DNA from: a virus
Lineage: Duplodnaviria; Caudoviricetes
DNA length: 52,007 nt
Reading direction: 5' to 3' (one strand)
IMG/VR virus record: IMGVR_UViG_3300042360_000367
Coordinates: 1-52,007 of that record
Below, one piece after another: positions 33,463 to 43,500 of this stretch (position 1 is its first letter; the number at the start of each line of letters is the position of its first letter). The position numbers were made by a program, and so were the translations under genes. The notes under the pieces were generated by a model. It saw nothing but the letters and a program-made list of their open reading frames with translations. It made no database searches and was not told the origin of the DNA.

Positions 33463-34613
33463 GCGTGAAGATTCTGCACGGGGACTGCCGCGAGGTGCTG
33501 AAAACGCTGGCCGACAACAGCGTGCACTGTTGCGTTACATCGCCGCCGTACTTTGGCCTGCGCGACTACGGGAACGCCGCACAGATTGGGCTGGAGCCCA
33601 CGCCCGCCGAGTTCGTGGCTGCGATGGTCGAAGTCTTCCGCGAGGTGCGGCGCGTGCTGCGCGATGACGGCACGCTTTGGCTGAACCTCGGGGACAGCTA
33701 CGCGGGCGGCGGCGGCGGCAACTACAGCAAAAGCCAGAAGCAGACTGCGCACGGTGAACACATCACCAACGTCCGCAATCGCTCCGATTGGCTTGATGCC
33801 GTTGCACTGAAGCCGAAAGACCTCATCGGAATCCCCTGGCGTGTTGCCTTCGCCCTTCAGGCTGACGGCTGGTATCTGCGCCAGGACATCATCTGGCACA
33901 AGCCGAACCCGATGCCTGAGAGCGTGCGCGACCGCTGCACCAAGGCACATGAGTACGTGTTCCTGCTGAGCAAGAGCGAACGGTACTTCTACGACCACGC
34001 AGCGATGCAAGAGCCCGTGACGCCATCGACGGTCGCGCGGCTTTCGCAGGACGTTGAGGCACAAGCTGGCAGCGAGCGCGTGCCGGGTAAGACCAACGGA
34101 CCGATGAAAGCCGTGGGCCGCGCGCCTGGCAACGTCAACCCGCCGAAGGGGCAACTTGCCTATGAGGCTGGCGACGAATCGCATCGCACAAAGGGTGGCC
34201 TGCTCGCCTACAGCGAGCGGCAGCGCAGCAAGCGCGACAGTTTCAAACGCGATGACAGCAAGCGGGCCGAGGTGATTCCCGGGCAGACGGTGGGGACGCA
34301 CCGCGCTGACCGCCCTGAAAGTGCATGGGACACCGCCACGCGCAACAAGCGCAGCGTGTGGACCATCGCCACGCAGCCCTTCAGCGAAGCCCACTTCGCC
34401 ACGATGGCCCCGGAACTGGCCGAGACGTGCATCAAGGCCGGCTGCCCCGAGGGCGGCACGGTGCTGGACCCGTTCGGCGGCGCTGGCACCACGGGCCTCG
34501 TGGCCGATCAGCTTCAGCGCAGCGCCGTGCTGTGCGAACTGAACCCGGAATACATCAAGATCGCGCGCCGCCGCATCGCCGCTGACGCCCCGCTTTTCGC
34601 CGAGGTGGAGTGA
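33459..34613 (+). CDS. Beta-class amino (N4C/N6A) DNA methyltransferase
   Basis: 'TSPPY' before 'VLDPFGGAGTT'; 'IIWHKPNPMPES..DR.T..HEY'. Confidence 0.9.
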   Translation: MSVKILHGDCREVLKTLADNSVHCCVTSPPYFGLRDYGNAAQIGLEPTPAEFVAAMVEVFREVRRVLRDDGTLWLNLGDSYAGGGGGNYSKSQKQTAHGEHITNVRNRSDWLDAVALKPKDLIGIPWRVAFALQADGWYLRQDIIWHKPNPMPESVRDRCTKAHEYVFLLSKSERYFYDHAAMQEPVTPSTVARLSQDVEAQAGSERVPGKTNGPMKAVGRAPGNVNPPKGQLAYEAGDESHRTKGGLLAYSERQRSKRDSFKRDDSKRAEVIPGQTVGTHRADRPESAWDTATRNKRSVWTIATQPFSEAHFATMAPELAETCIKAGCPEGGTVLDPFGGAGTTGLVADQLQRSAVLCELNPEYIKIARRRIAADAPLFAEVE

Positions 34614-35062
34614 TGCTGACCACCCGCAAGCACCCACCCCGCCCGGTCAAGACCGTGGAGCACGTCACCCTGGCGCCGCGCCCCATCGCGCGGGGTAGCG
34701 GGCTGCTGGCCCTGGCCATGGCGCTGCCCGAGCCCGAGCCCGTGGTGGAGCGCGTGCCCCTGGCCGACGAGAAGCGCCACATGGGCCGCGTGGCCGCCCT
34801 GGGCTGCCTGCTGTGCGGCCAGCCGGCGCAGCTGCACCACGTCCGCGAAGGCCAGGGCATGAGCCAGCGCGCAAGCAACTTCCTCGTGGTGCCGCTGTGC
34901 GAGCCCCATCACACCGGCAGCGCCGGCCTTCACGGGCTGGGCAGCCGCGGCTTCGAGCGCCGCTACCGCATGGACGAGATGGACCTGCTGGCCATCGTCA
35001 TCGCGCGCCTTGGCCACACCGAACCCCCCACCCGCCGCGCTGCGGCATTGATCGAAGGATGA
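34613..35062 (+). CDS. Ref/DUF968-like HNH nuclease
   Basis: 'CLLCGQPAQLHH......QRAS...VPLCEPHH'. Confidence 0.7.
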   Translation: MLTTRKHPPRPVKTVEHVTLAPRPIARGSGLLALAMALPEPEPVVERVPLADEKRHMGRVAALGCLLCGQPAQLHHVREGQGMSQRASNFLVVPLCEPHHTGSAGLHGLGSRGFERRYRMDEMDLLAIVIARLGHTEPPTRRAAALIEG

Positions 35063-35667
35063 ACCACCCCATGAACCGCATCGACTCCCCCCGCACCGAC
35101 GACAACGCCATCGAGCAGGAGATCAAGGCCAAGGGCCTGACCGCGCCGCGCGTCACGCCGACTGACATCGCCCAGGCCATCACCATGCACGAGTTCGTCA
35201 GGCACGTCGCACCGTGCGGGCAGGTGCTGCGGTGGTGCGTCATCACCACGCCGAACGGCTTTGCCGTCACTGGCCGGCCCTCTGTGGCGGTGTCACCCGA
35301 GAACGACGACGCGGCCATCGGGGAAAAGGTGGCGTTCGAGAACGCGAAGCAGGAACTGTGGCCGCTGCTGGGCTACGCGCTGAAGGAGAAGCTGGCCGCC
35401 GAGGCCCAGCTGGCCGCGAGCATGCCCAAGGCCCCGCCCGGCTGGGAGAACTACACCGGCACGAAGCAGCTGCAGGCCATGCCCATGACGCGCGGCGAAT
35501 ACAACGCCTACCGCGGCTGGGAACTGCCGGCCAACGAGAACGGCGCCGACGCCGGCTACTTGGTCGAGTACATCGACGGCGGCAAGGCCAACGACTCGCG
35601 CCACGCGGGCTACATCTCGTGGTCCCCGGCTGACGTGTTCGAGCGCGCCTACAAGCGCATCGGCTGA
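35059..35667 (+). CDS. N4 gp49/Sf6 gp66-family domain fused to a 'YTGTK..WSPADVFE' domain
   Basis: 'APRVTP..I', 'NGFAVTG.....SPENDDAAIG...A..NA...LWPLLGY'; second domain 'GYLVEY..G...YISWSPADVFERAY'. Confidence 0.7.
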   Translation: MNHPMNRIDSPRTDDNAIEQEIKAKGLTAPRVTPTDIAQAITMHEFVRHVAPCGQVLRWCVITTPNGFAVTGRPSVAVSPENDDAAIGEKVAFENAKQELWPLLGYALKEKLAAEAQLAASMPKAPPGWENYTGTKQLQAMPMTRGEYNAYRGWELPANENGADAGYLVEYIDGGKANDSRHAGYISWSPADVFERAYKRIG

Positions 35668-35693
35668 CCCCGCAACCCCACCCCACCCGCAGC

Positions 35694-36365
35694 ATGACCC
35701 TACCTGAAGACCGCCCCGACATCGGCGAAAAGTACAGCCGCGCCACGGAGAGCTCGCACCTTGAGGTGACGCCCGATCGCTTCGGCGACGTGGACATGCT
35801 CATCGCGTCGGGGTGGACGTCTGACGGCCTGGGAGCGCGGCTGTACCGCCTGCGCATGGAGTGGGACTTCCTGAACCAGCGCGAGCTCGCCGCGGCCAGC
35901 CTTTCCACGGCGCACGCCATCAGCATGAACCGGCTGAAAAGCCTGCGCAGCACGATGGACGCGCTGATGGTCTTTGCCCTGCAGCACGCCGCGCGCACCC
36001 GCATCACGGCCGGGGACCGCGAGGTGCGCCTGATTGCCGCGCGGGCCCTGGATATGTGGATCTGCCCGAACTGCAAGCACTGCACCGGGCGCGGGTTCAC
36101 TGGCGGGTTCGGCGTGCCGATGGTGCTGTGCACCGCCTGCGCTGGCACCGGCAAGCGCCCGTTGCGCCTGGGTTCGGTGGAGTCGACCAACCGCTTTGGC
36201 TTGTCCCTGATGGGCGTCATGGACCGCAAGACCGAAACCTTCACGGCGCAGATGCGCGAGTTCTTGCGCTACCGCAGCCGGCACGCCGTGGGCCGCGACG
36301 AGGCCGGGCGGGACATCGAGCAGCGCCTGAAAACGCTGCGCAGCACTGAGGCGCAGGAGGATTAA
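35694..36365 (+). CDS. Putative Q-like late antiterminator with Zn finger
   Basis: 'CKHCTGRG...CTACAGTG' repeats; last gene of the nin-like region. Confidence 0.55.
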   Translation: MTLPEDRPDIGEKYSRATESSHLEVTPDRFGDVDMLIASGWTSDGLGARLYRLRMEWDFLNQRELAAASLSTAHAISMNRLKSLRSTMDALMVFALQHAARTRITAGDREVRLIAARALDMWICPNCKHCTGRGFTGGFGVPMVLCTACAGTGKRPLRLGSVESTNRFGLSLMGVMDRKTETFTAQMREFLRYRSRHAVGRDEAGRDIEQRLKTLRSTEAQED

Positions 36366-36599
36366 GTGAGCGACCCCCTGATGAGCGCTGACGAGATCCG
36401 CCGGGTGGCCGGCGGCTACGTGCAGCCGTCGAAGCAACTGGCCGAACTGAAGCGCCAAGGCTTCTGGCGCGCACGCCGCGCCCGGCTGACTGGCGAGGTG
36501 ATCCTTGAGCGCGCACACTACGAGGCCGTGTGCAGCGGCCAGGATGCGCGCCCCTCGCTGGCGCGACCCGAGCACACGCCCACACTGAGGCCCGCATGA
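36366..36599 (+). CDS. xis: Excisionase-like protein (DUF4224 type)
   Basis: 'MSADEIRRVAGGYVQPSKQLAEL..QG'; stop overlaps the int start. Confidence 0.65.
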   Translation: MSDPLMSADEIRRVAGGYVQPSKQLAELKRQGFWRARRARLTGEVILERAHYEAVCSGQDARPSLARPEHTPTLRPA

Positions 36600-37600
36600 C
36601 CCGATCATCCGGCCTGCCGCGGCGGGTCTACCTGAAGCACGGCCGCTACTGGTTCGTGGCCGTCGACAACAAGTGGCACAGCCTGACGCGCGAGCGCGAG
36701 GGCCTGCCCGCCATGTTCCGCGCGCTGGCCGCCATCACCGAGCAGGCGCGCGCCGGTGACATGATGCCGGCCGTGGTGTCGCGCTGGCTGGAAGAAAAGG
36801 CGGCTGCAGGCGATTGGTCCGAAGACACCAAGACCGACATGGACCGGGTGGCCGCCGCCATCTCCAAGCGCTTTCTGGACTTCCGGCCCTACCAAGTCAC
36901 CACGCCGGTGTGCGCCGAGTACCTCAAGACGTACCTGAAGAAGCCGCGCACCTACAACCTGCACCGCAGCGTGTTGCGCCAGGTGATGGCCGCGGCAGCG
37001 CGCGAGGGGCTGCGCGAGGGGCACAACCCCATCGACAACATCCCGCAGCGCAAGCTGGCCAAGCGCGTGCGCATCGTGACGCCGGCCGAGATCGACGCCA
37101 TGGCCGCGGCGCTGATGAAGGCCAAGCGCGGCGGCCCGGCCCACGTCCGCATGCTCGGGCTGTGCCTGAAGACCGGCCAGCGCATCGGCGACGTGCTGAA
37201 GTTCCGCGCCCAGGACTGCACCGACGAGGGCGTGATCGTTGACCAGGGCAAGACCGGGGCCCCGCTGGTGGTGGAGTGGGACGCCGAGCTCAAGGCGCTG
37301 GTGGACGAGTGCTTTGCAGGCCGGGACCGCATCGGGTTCCTGCTGGTGCAGAGCACCGGCCAGCCCTACCGCTACTCGGGCGTGCGCAGCGCCTGGGTGC
37401 GGGCCATGGAGCGCGCCGGCATCGAAGACCTGCACATCCATGACCTGCGCGGCGAAGCCGGTGCGCGCCTGGCCGACATGCTGGGCCCCTACGCCGCACA
37501 GCTGCTGCTGGGCCATGCCAGCGTGAAGATGACCGAGCAGTACATCGCAGGCAAGACGCGCAAGCGCGCCAAGCCCGCGCCCATGAAAAAGAGCGTCTAA
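36596..37600 (+). CDS. int: Phage tyrosine integrase
   Basis: 'TGQRIGD', 'HDLR', 'LLGH', 'TEQY'; N-terminal arm-binding 'LPRRVYLKHGRYWF'. Confidence 0.92.
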   Translation: MTRSSGLPRRVYLKHGRYWFVAVDNKWHSLTREREGLPAMFRALAAITEQARAGDMMPAVVSRWLEEKAAAGDWSEDTKTDMDRVAAAISKRFLDFRPYQVTTPVCAEYLKTYLKKPRTYNLHRSVLRQVMAAAAREGLREGHNPIDNIPQRKLAKRVRIVTPAEIDAMAAALMKAKRGGPAHVRMLGLCLKTGQRIGDVLKFRAQDCTDEGVIVDQGKTGAPLVVEWDAELKALVDECFAGRDRIGFLLVQSTGQPYRYSGVRSAWVRAMERAGIEDLHIHDLRGEAGARLADMLGPYAAQLLLGHASVKMTEQYIAGKTRKRAKPAPMKKSV

Positions 37601-37803
37601 GAGACGCCCCAAAACCCGCGCCAATCCTGGCGTACCATGGCCCCCAGGAATTAGACGAATCGCCCGGAAACCCGCGCCAATCCTAGAAACCCCGACTGCC
37701 TTCTAAGCAGCAGGTCGGGGGTTCGAGTCCCTCCGGGCAGGCCACATGCACATTTTGGTGATAGCGGTTACTAACGTGTCTAATTTCCGGGGTTCTGTCT
37801 AAT
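37595..37803. repeat. attP arm and accessory repeats
   Basis: AAACCCGCGCCAATCCT at 37612 and 37668; GTCTAA at 37595, 37651 (inverted), 37778 and 37797, on both sides of the core. Confidence 0.65.
37695..37744 (+). other. attP core: 3' half of tRNA-Arg(TCT)
   Basis: CTGC-CTTCTAA-GCAG anticodon arm, GGGGGTTCGAGTCCCTCC T-arm, ends GCCA; no D-arm or 5' acceptor strand upstream. Confidence 0.88.
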
Positions 37804-37817
37804 CTGTGGAGCCTGAA

Positions 37818-38162
37818 ATGAACCGCCGCAACCTACTCAAGACCTTCCTCGCCGCCCCGGCCATCATCCGCAGCGGGGTGCTGATGCCAGTGGTGCCGCT
37901 GGTGGCTGCGCCGCTTTCGGGCATCGCGGTGCTGCGTCAGCACGAGATCCTGACGGGCACCGAGGTGCTGCGGCGCCAAGCCATGCTGGATGACCCGCTG
38001 GCGTTCCAGGCCGACCGCGTGTGGGTGCAGGACCATGCGGGGCGCAACGTGTACGACTCGGCCAGCGGCCCCATCTTCTACGCCGACCCCAGCCCGCACG
38101 TCAGGCGCCTGCAGCAGTCGCATCACGCGGCATTCATGGCTGCTATCGGGGTCCGCGCATGA
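37818..38162 (+). CDS. Hypothetical protein with a twin-arginine-like N-terminus
   Basis: MNRRNLLKTFLAAPAIIR; GGAG SD. Confidence 0.6.
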   Translation: MNRRNLLKTFLAAPAIIRSGVLMPVVPLVAAPLSGIAVLRQHEILTGTEVLRRQAMLDDPLAFQADRVWVQDHAGRNVYDSASGPIFYADPSPHVRRLQQSHHAAFMAAIGVRA

Positions 38163-38509
38163 AGCACAACACCTCCACCCTCACCGGGGCGCTGCTGGAT
38201 GCGGCCGTGTCGAAGGCAGAGGGCCAAGAGCCCGAGATCGTGCCGTACCGTGTCAGCGGCGGCATGGGCATCACGTTCGTGCGCGACGAGCCGGTGTGCC
38301 AAGTCGGCGCGCAGCACTTCGAGCCGTCGTCGCGCTGGGAGCACGGCGGGCCGATCATCGAGCGCGAGCTTCTTTCATTGCATCCGACAAATGAAGGCTG
38401 GTGCGCGTTTGTCGGCTTGCACGACCATGAGCACACCGGCCCCACGCCCTTGGTGGCCGCCATGCGCGCCTACGTGGCCGCGAAGCTGGGTGACGAGGTG
38501 GAACTGTAG
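38159..38509 (+). CDS. DUF2591/NinX-like phage protein
   Basis: 'LTGALLDAAVSKAEG...PSSRWEHGGPIIERE...GPTPLVAAMRAYVA.KLGDEVEL'. Confidence 0.75.
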   Translation: MKHNTSTLTGALLDAAVSKAEGQEPEIVPYRVSGGMGITFVRDEPVCQVGAQHFEPSSRWEHGGPIIERELLSLHPTNEGWCAFVGLHDHEHTGPTPLVAAMRAYVAAKLGDEVEL

Positions 38510-38721
38510 GCGACTGCTTAAAAATGTGGCACACTGCCGCCCATTGAACGAAACCCGCCGGCAACGGCAGAAGGGCTCCGGCCCGGTTCAACGGCTCCAG
38601 CGGGGTAGACGTGCTGGCGTTCAGAGGTCGCGCGGCCATGCGGCAGCGAAGCCCCTTCCGGCCCGGCCAGGCTTGAAGGGGCTTCTGCTTTTTGGGGCGC
38701 TGCCTCGCCTACAATTTTGCT

Positions 38722-39008
38722 CGCACCCTCACGCGCTCTCAATCGGGAAAGCTGCCGGTGGCCAACGCGGGAAGCCGCGAACGGGCTTTGTGAGGGTGCA
38801 TCCTCCGGCCTGCCTGTTGAAGCGCCTTACCCCGTACCAGTCAAGTGGTGCCGTCACAAGCGGGGGCAACGGGCAGGCCAGAGGGTGTAGCGCAGGCTGA
38901 TGCGCAGCGAGATTGGCCGATGGAAACTCGGCAGCGCAGCTTTGCGATGGCCACGAGGTTCGACCCCTTAGCGCAAAGCAAGCCGGGGATCAGCACCGGC
39001 CACCCTCT
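38722..39008 (+). ncRNA. Candidate structured ncRNA ending in a tRNA-like domain
   Basis: TACAAT at 38710; three consecutive closed stems (38723-38799, 38807-38879, 38881-39007); the last has acceptor-, D- and T-like arms with complementary loops. Confidence 0.5.
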
Positions 39009-39249
39009 ACTTCTCTGCTGCCGCGCGCACGGTCGCTGCATGCCGGTCGGCGCACTCGCGGTACATGCTCCCCCACTCGGTCAGCGTGCGCAGCACTGCC
39101 GCGCCGGTGCCGTCAGCGGGCAGCGGCAGAGGCGGGCAAGGCTGGCGCAGGCTGGCCGGCAGGGTCGGTGCCGCGGGCGGCTGCTTCCACGAGGCGCAGC
39201 CCTGCGTCATCAAGGCACACGTTGCGATACACAGGCTTTTCGACCACAC
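39007..39249 (-). CDS. o-spanin (Rz1-like lipoprotein)
   Basis: Lipobox-like 'TQGC', Pro-rich; overlaps the i-spanin in another frame. Confidence 0.75.
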   Translation of the reverse strand: MWSKSLCIATCALMTQGCASWKQPPAAPTLPASLRQPCPPLPLPADGTGAAVLRTLTEWGSMYRECADRHAATVRAAAEK

Positions 39250-39484
39250 GCTCGATCTCCTTGGTCAACACGCGGCGCTGCGCCGCGATGGCCGCCACCT
39301 CGGCGGCGTGGCGGGCGGCTGATTCGTCGGCCACCCGGGCCTGCAGGCGCTGGGCCTCGGCTTGGGCTTCCAGCCGGGCCGCGTCGGCAGCAGCCCAGCG
39401 CCAGGCCTGCACCTTGAATCCGCCGCCGAACCCGGCCAGCAGCCCCGCCAGCAGGGCAGCAGCCAGCAGCGCGGGAACGCTCAC
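39113..39484 (-). CDS. i-spanin (Rz-like)
   Basis: N-terminal TM helix, coiled coil, 'VEKPVYRNVCLDDAGLRL'. Confidence 0.75.
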   Translation of the reverse strand: MSVPALLAAALLAGLLAGFGGGFKVQAWRWAAADAARLEAQAEAQRLQARVADESAARHAAEVAAIAAQRRVLTKEIERVVEKPVYRNVCLDDAGLRLVEAAARGTDPAGQPAPALPASAAAR

Positions 39485-39870
39485 GCCGGGTACTCCTTGC
39501 GCGACAACTCGAAGTGAGGCCCGTCGCCCCACTTCTTCCAGTCCCCGCCCCAGACAATAGGCACCTTCAACTCGGCGGCCACGGCCTTGACGTGCGCGCC
39601 CAGCGTTGCGTACAGCGGCCAGTCCCAGCGCCCGGCGCCGGCCACGGTGGCCATCAGGTCGACGGCGTGCCCGGTCAGGTGCCGGCCGTTCATGGTCTGC
39701 GACGCACCGGCGGCCATCAGTTCGGCCTGGCGCTTCTTGGTGCGCAGGCCCTCGATGACGATGAAGCGCAACTTGTCGGCGCGGCCGTCCATGCGCTCCC
39801 ACGCGATGCGCACCACGCGCGCCAGGTCAGGGTGCACGCCCTGCAGGTTCTTCTCGCTGCGGGCGTCCAT
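39481..39870 (-). CDS. Endolysin, M15-family (L-Ala-D-Glu) peptidase
   Basis: 'LQGVHPDL', 'IEGLRT..RQ', 'HLTGHAVD', 'WGGDW....DGPHFEL'. Confidence 0.88.
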   Translation of the reverse strand: MDARSEKNLQGVHPDLARVVRIAWERMDGRADKLRFIVIEGLRTKKRQAELMAAGASQTMNGRHLTGHAVDLMATVAGAGRWDWPLYATLGAHVKAVAAELKVPIVWGGDWKKWGDGPHFELSRKEYPA

Positions 39871-40088
39871 CACTCGCCCTCCCGCGTCTTGGGTTGGTCG
39901 ATCAGGCGGCCCAGCAGGAACAGCGCGCCCAGCACCGCGGGCACGCGCTCGGGGCCGACACCCAGCGCGGTGAGCACCGCGGTCTGCATCTCGGTGGGCA
40001 GGCTGCCCCAGGCCACGGCGGCCGCGGCCACCTGCACACTCAGCATGCGCCAGGACTGGCGCCAGTTCGGGATCGGTTTCAGCTTCAT
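39870..40088 (-). CDS. Holin
   Basis: 'IPNWRQSWRMLSVQ' with two hydrophobic helices; directly upstream of the endolysin. Confidence 0.7.
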   Translation of the reverse strand: MKLKPIPNWRQSWRMLSVQVAAAAVAWGSLPTEMQTAVLTALGVGPERVPAVLGALFLLGRLIDQPKTREGE

Positions 40089-40348
40089 GCCTTGCTCCCC
40101 ATGGTGAAGGCGGTTGCGGCCAGGAAACCCCCGGCCATGGTGAAAGCAATGTCCAGCGCGGCCTCGCGCAGGTCTTCGCGGTGCATGCGCCAGCCGCGGC
40201 GCCACCAGCCGTAGAGCTCGCGGCCCACGGCGGCCAGCAGACACACGGCCAGCGCCACCTCCCAGCCCAGCGGCAGGCATGGCAGGGTGATGAAGAAGCC
40301 GATCCACGCATGGGTCAGCTTGTCGGGGGGTAGCAGTCGTGCCGGCAT
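40085..40348 (-). CDS. Small membrane protein
   Basis: 'DKLTHAWIG...AAVGRELY...D..FT.AGG'. Confidence 0.6.
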   Translation of the reverse strand: MPARLLPPDKLTHAWIGFFITLPCLPLGWEVALAVCLLAAVGRELYGWWRRGWRMHREDLREAALDIAFTMAGGFLAATAFTMGSKA

Positions 40349-40467
40349 AGGCGCGCTCCTCGGGTGTCGGCTCGCGCCGGGGGTGGACGTGGCTGCGCCG
40401 CTGGCCCTGTTTCCAGGGCAAGCGGGCAGTCAGCGGGTGCGGTGCCGGCGTTGCGCCGGCGCGAAGG

Positions 40468-40584
40468 TCAGGGCCTGCTGAACAGCGCGGCCAGGGCGGC
40501 CACGATCAGCAGGCCCCACGGGCCCAGGGTCCAGGCCAGCGTAAGAAGCCCGGCGAGCACGGACCAGCCGCCGAGGTTGTTCAT
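40468..40584 (-). CDS. Tiny hydrophobic protein
   Basis: MNNLGGWSVLAGLL...; ATGA overlap with the giant gene's stop. Confidence 0.45.
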   Translation of the reverse strand: MNNLGGWSVLAGLLTLAWTLGPWGLLIVAALAALFSRP

Positions 40585-43500
40585 TCCTGCGGCTCCAGCT
40601 GCTGGAAGCGCTCGGCCAAGCCCGGCCGCATCTCGCGCGGCGCAGACTTCAACAGGCGAACAGACTTCTCGGTGGTCATGCTCTTCAAGCGCTCGCGCAC
40701 TTGGCTCGGGGTGATGCGGATGGGCGAGCCGGGGTTCTTCCGGTTCCATGAATCTAGCCGTTCCAGCGCCTCGCGCAATCCGGCGGGATCGGAACGGGCC
40801 AGGGCTTTCGCCATCGCGGTGACGATCTCGGTTTCCACCTGGCGCACCAAGGCCACAGCGCGGGCGCTTTCCCCTGCCACCTGCTGCGCCTTCTGCACCA
40901 CCTTGGGCTGGAAGCCCGCGGCCTTGAACCCGGCATCGGCCATGGTGGTCTTGACCACCATGTTCTCGCGCGTGTCCGGGTACATGCCGGTCTGCGCCAT
41001 CATCCCGCCCTTCACCGCGTTCTGCACGGCGATGGGCGAAGCCAGCACCAGGGCCTCCTTCATGCGGCCCTCGGCGGCCTTCCCGATGGCGTCGAACATC
41101 CGCGCCACGAAACTGCCAGCCGCACCGGCCACGTCGGCCACGTCGCGGGCGTAGCTGTCCTTCTTCAGGAACACGCCCGTGCCCGGGATGATGTTGTGCA
41201 GGCCCAGGCGGCCGGACACGTCGAACGGCGCACCGGGCAGGCCGGTGATGCCCTTGGCCAGGAAATCGGCCACCGGCTGGCCCAGGTCTTCACCCACCAG
41301 GGCGATCAGCTGCCGCGCGATCCACTGGTTGCGCTCGAAGCGCAGCGAGAAATTCTTGTCGAACACCCGCTGCATCACGCCGTCGATCACGTCCTCCACG
41401 TCTTCCATGAACGGCAGGCCATCCAGGCCCGCCATCACGGCGATCATCACCAGCGCGGCCAGCAGCGCGCGGCGGCCCTGCGGGGTCTTGGCGTTGCGCG
41501 CCAGGTGCTCCACCATGCTCACGCTGTAGGTCTTGAACGTGAACAGCAGCGCACCCACCGCCCCGCGGGCCCAGCGCGGCCGGTTGCCCTTGTTGTAGAG
41601 GAACTGCGTCTCGCGCACCGCCTTGATGGCGAACTCGTAGGGCCGCGACATCCCCTCCTCTTGCGCCGTGCGGTACGCCGCGATGAAGGTCAGGCGCCGG
41701 TTGAACAACTCCGCGAAGCTGAACGGCTTGCCCCACGCCAGGGTCAGGCGCGAGATCCCGTTGTTCACGCGCGCCCCGGCGTTGCCCAGCAGCGTACCGT
41801 CGCCGGACTGAAGCTGCGCCTTGCCGCTGGCCTGCGCCTGCAGGAAGAACACCTCCTGCGGCGCCACGATGCCGTCCTCGGCCGCGCGGTTCAGCGCCTC
41901 CGTCAGGCCCTTGTCCTTGGGGAACTCGCGCCGGCCCACGTCCTTCAGCGCCGCGGCCATGCGCACACCGGCCTTGCCCACCCCGCCGAACTGGGTCAGG
42001 TAGGGCAGCGTCACCATGAACGGCTGCGTGGCGTTGACGATGGCCGAAGCGATGCTGCCGCCCAGGAACTGCGCGAACAGCACGGAGCGCAGTGCCTGCG
42101 CCTCCTCCTGCGGGTTCTTGACGTACTCGTTCAGGCGAACGGCGTAGTCCTTCAACTGGCCCTTGCTCTGCGGGATCTCCTCGATGGCCCGCTCGGCCGC
42201 GCCAGCGTGCAGGTTGCTGGAGGCCTGGCGCGCGTTGGAGTAGATGAACGAGGCCAGCACGCGGCCCACGTCCTCGCTGAAACCCGGCACGCCCTTGCGG
42301 TGGATCAGCCGCTTCATGCCCGATCGGTTGGCCTTGGCCACCTGCAGCCACTTCTGGAACAGGCTGCTCTTGGCCACTTCGTCGCTCAGGCCCAGCTTGT
42401 CGCCGAACAGTTCCAGCGTCTCGGGCGTGACACCCGCGAACAGCTTGAACTCCTCCTCCGAGGTGGTGCCCTGCTTGATGTCGGCATCGGGGAAGTTCTC
42501 ACGCATCAGGCGCACGGCCTTGGCGCGCTCGCTGCGGCTCTCGTACATGCCGAAGAACTGGCGCACGCCATCCGGCGTCACCACGTCCAGGGTGTACTGC
42601 CCGAAGCGCGAAAGCGGCGCGTAGCCGCGGTCCTTCAGGTCTTCCACCCGGTCGGCAATGTCGATGATGCCGTTGCCACGCGCGTTCATCGCGTCGGCGT
42701 TCTCGGGCTGCTGCTCTGCCAGGTCGAACAGCCGGTCGCGGATGAGCTCGGCTGCCGTCATCAGGTCGGGCTCAGCCAGCACCTGCTCGCGCAGGTCTGC
42801 CACCTCCTCGCCACCCACGCGCAGCATGGTCGTGATGGTGAGATCGTCCAGGCTCTTGTCGGTGGCGCTGCGGAACTCGCGGTACAGCGCAATCTGGCGC
42901 GGGTTCAGCCCAAACATCTTGCGCAGCTCGCCATCGGACCACACCACGCCGGGCTTGAGCACCTCGTTGCGGTACCGGGTTTCGACGTTGGCCTCGAACT
43001 GATCTAGCGGCAGGCCTTGCCACATCTTCAGCACGCGCGGGTTCAGCAGCCGGCGGCGCAGCATCTCTTGCGCCTTGTCCTCGGCGCTCAGCTGTGCGGC
43101 CTGCGCCTCAAGGTCCACCATGCGCACCGGCTTGCCGTCCAAGTCGCGGCCCCAGCCCAGCGTGCCCTCGAACACCGGTGCGCCCAAGGCCTTCACGTCG
43201 GCCGGCGGCAGCGGGGCTTTCAGGATGTCGGTGATGCTCTCCAGCTTGGGCAGGATGCTCGGCGCGAGGTTGGCCGCCTCGGTGGCGTAGTGGCTGATGT
43301 CGTCCATGAAGTTCTGGATCGACTCGAACACCGGCCGGAAGCTGCGCTCACGCTCTGCCAGGTTGTATGGCGTGCCCACGGTCTTGTGCCACCAGTGCAG
43401 GCGGCCCAAGCTGTTGCCGAACCAGTCGCCCACCACGTACCCGGCGGGCAGGCGCACGTCGCGCAGCGCGGCGCCGGGCTTGGACAGGGCGGCGGTCAAG

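Noticed and set aside
36596-37600. Integrase as the integron integrase for the array
   Set aside because: It has an arm-binding N-terminus, an xis partner and an adjacent tRNA-derived attP, lies about 18 kb from the array, and shows no evident IntI-specific insertion before the HxLR motif
37695-37744. Functional tRNA-Arg gene
   Set aside because: The 5' acceptor strand and D-arm are absent; interpreted as the attP core
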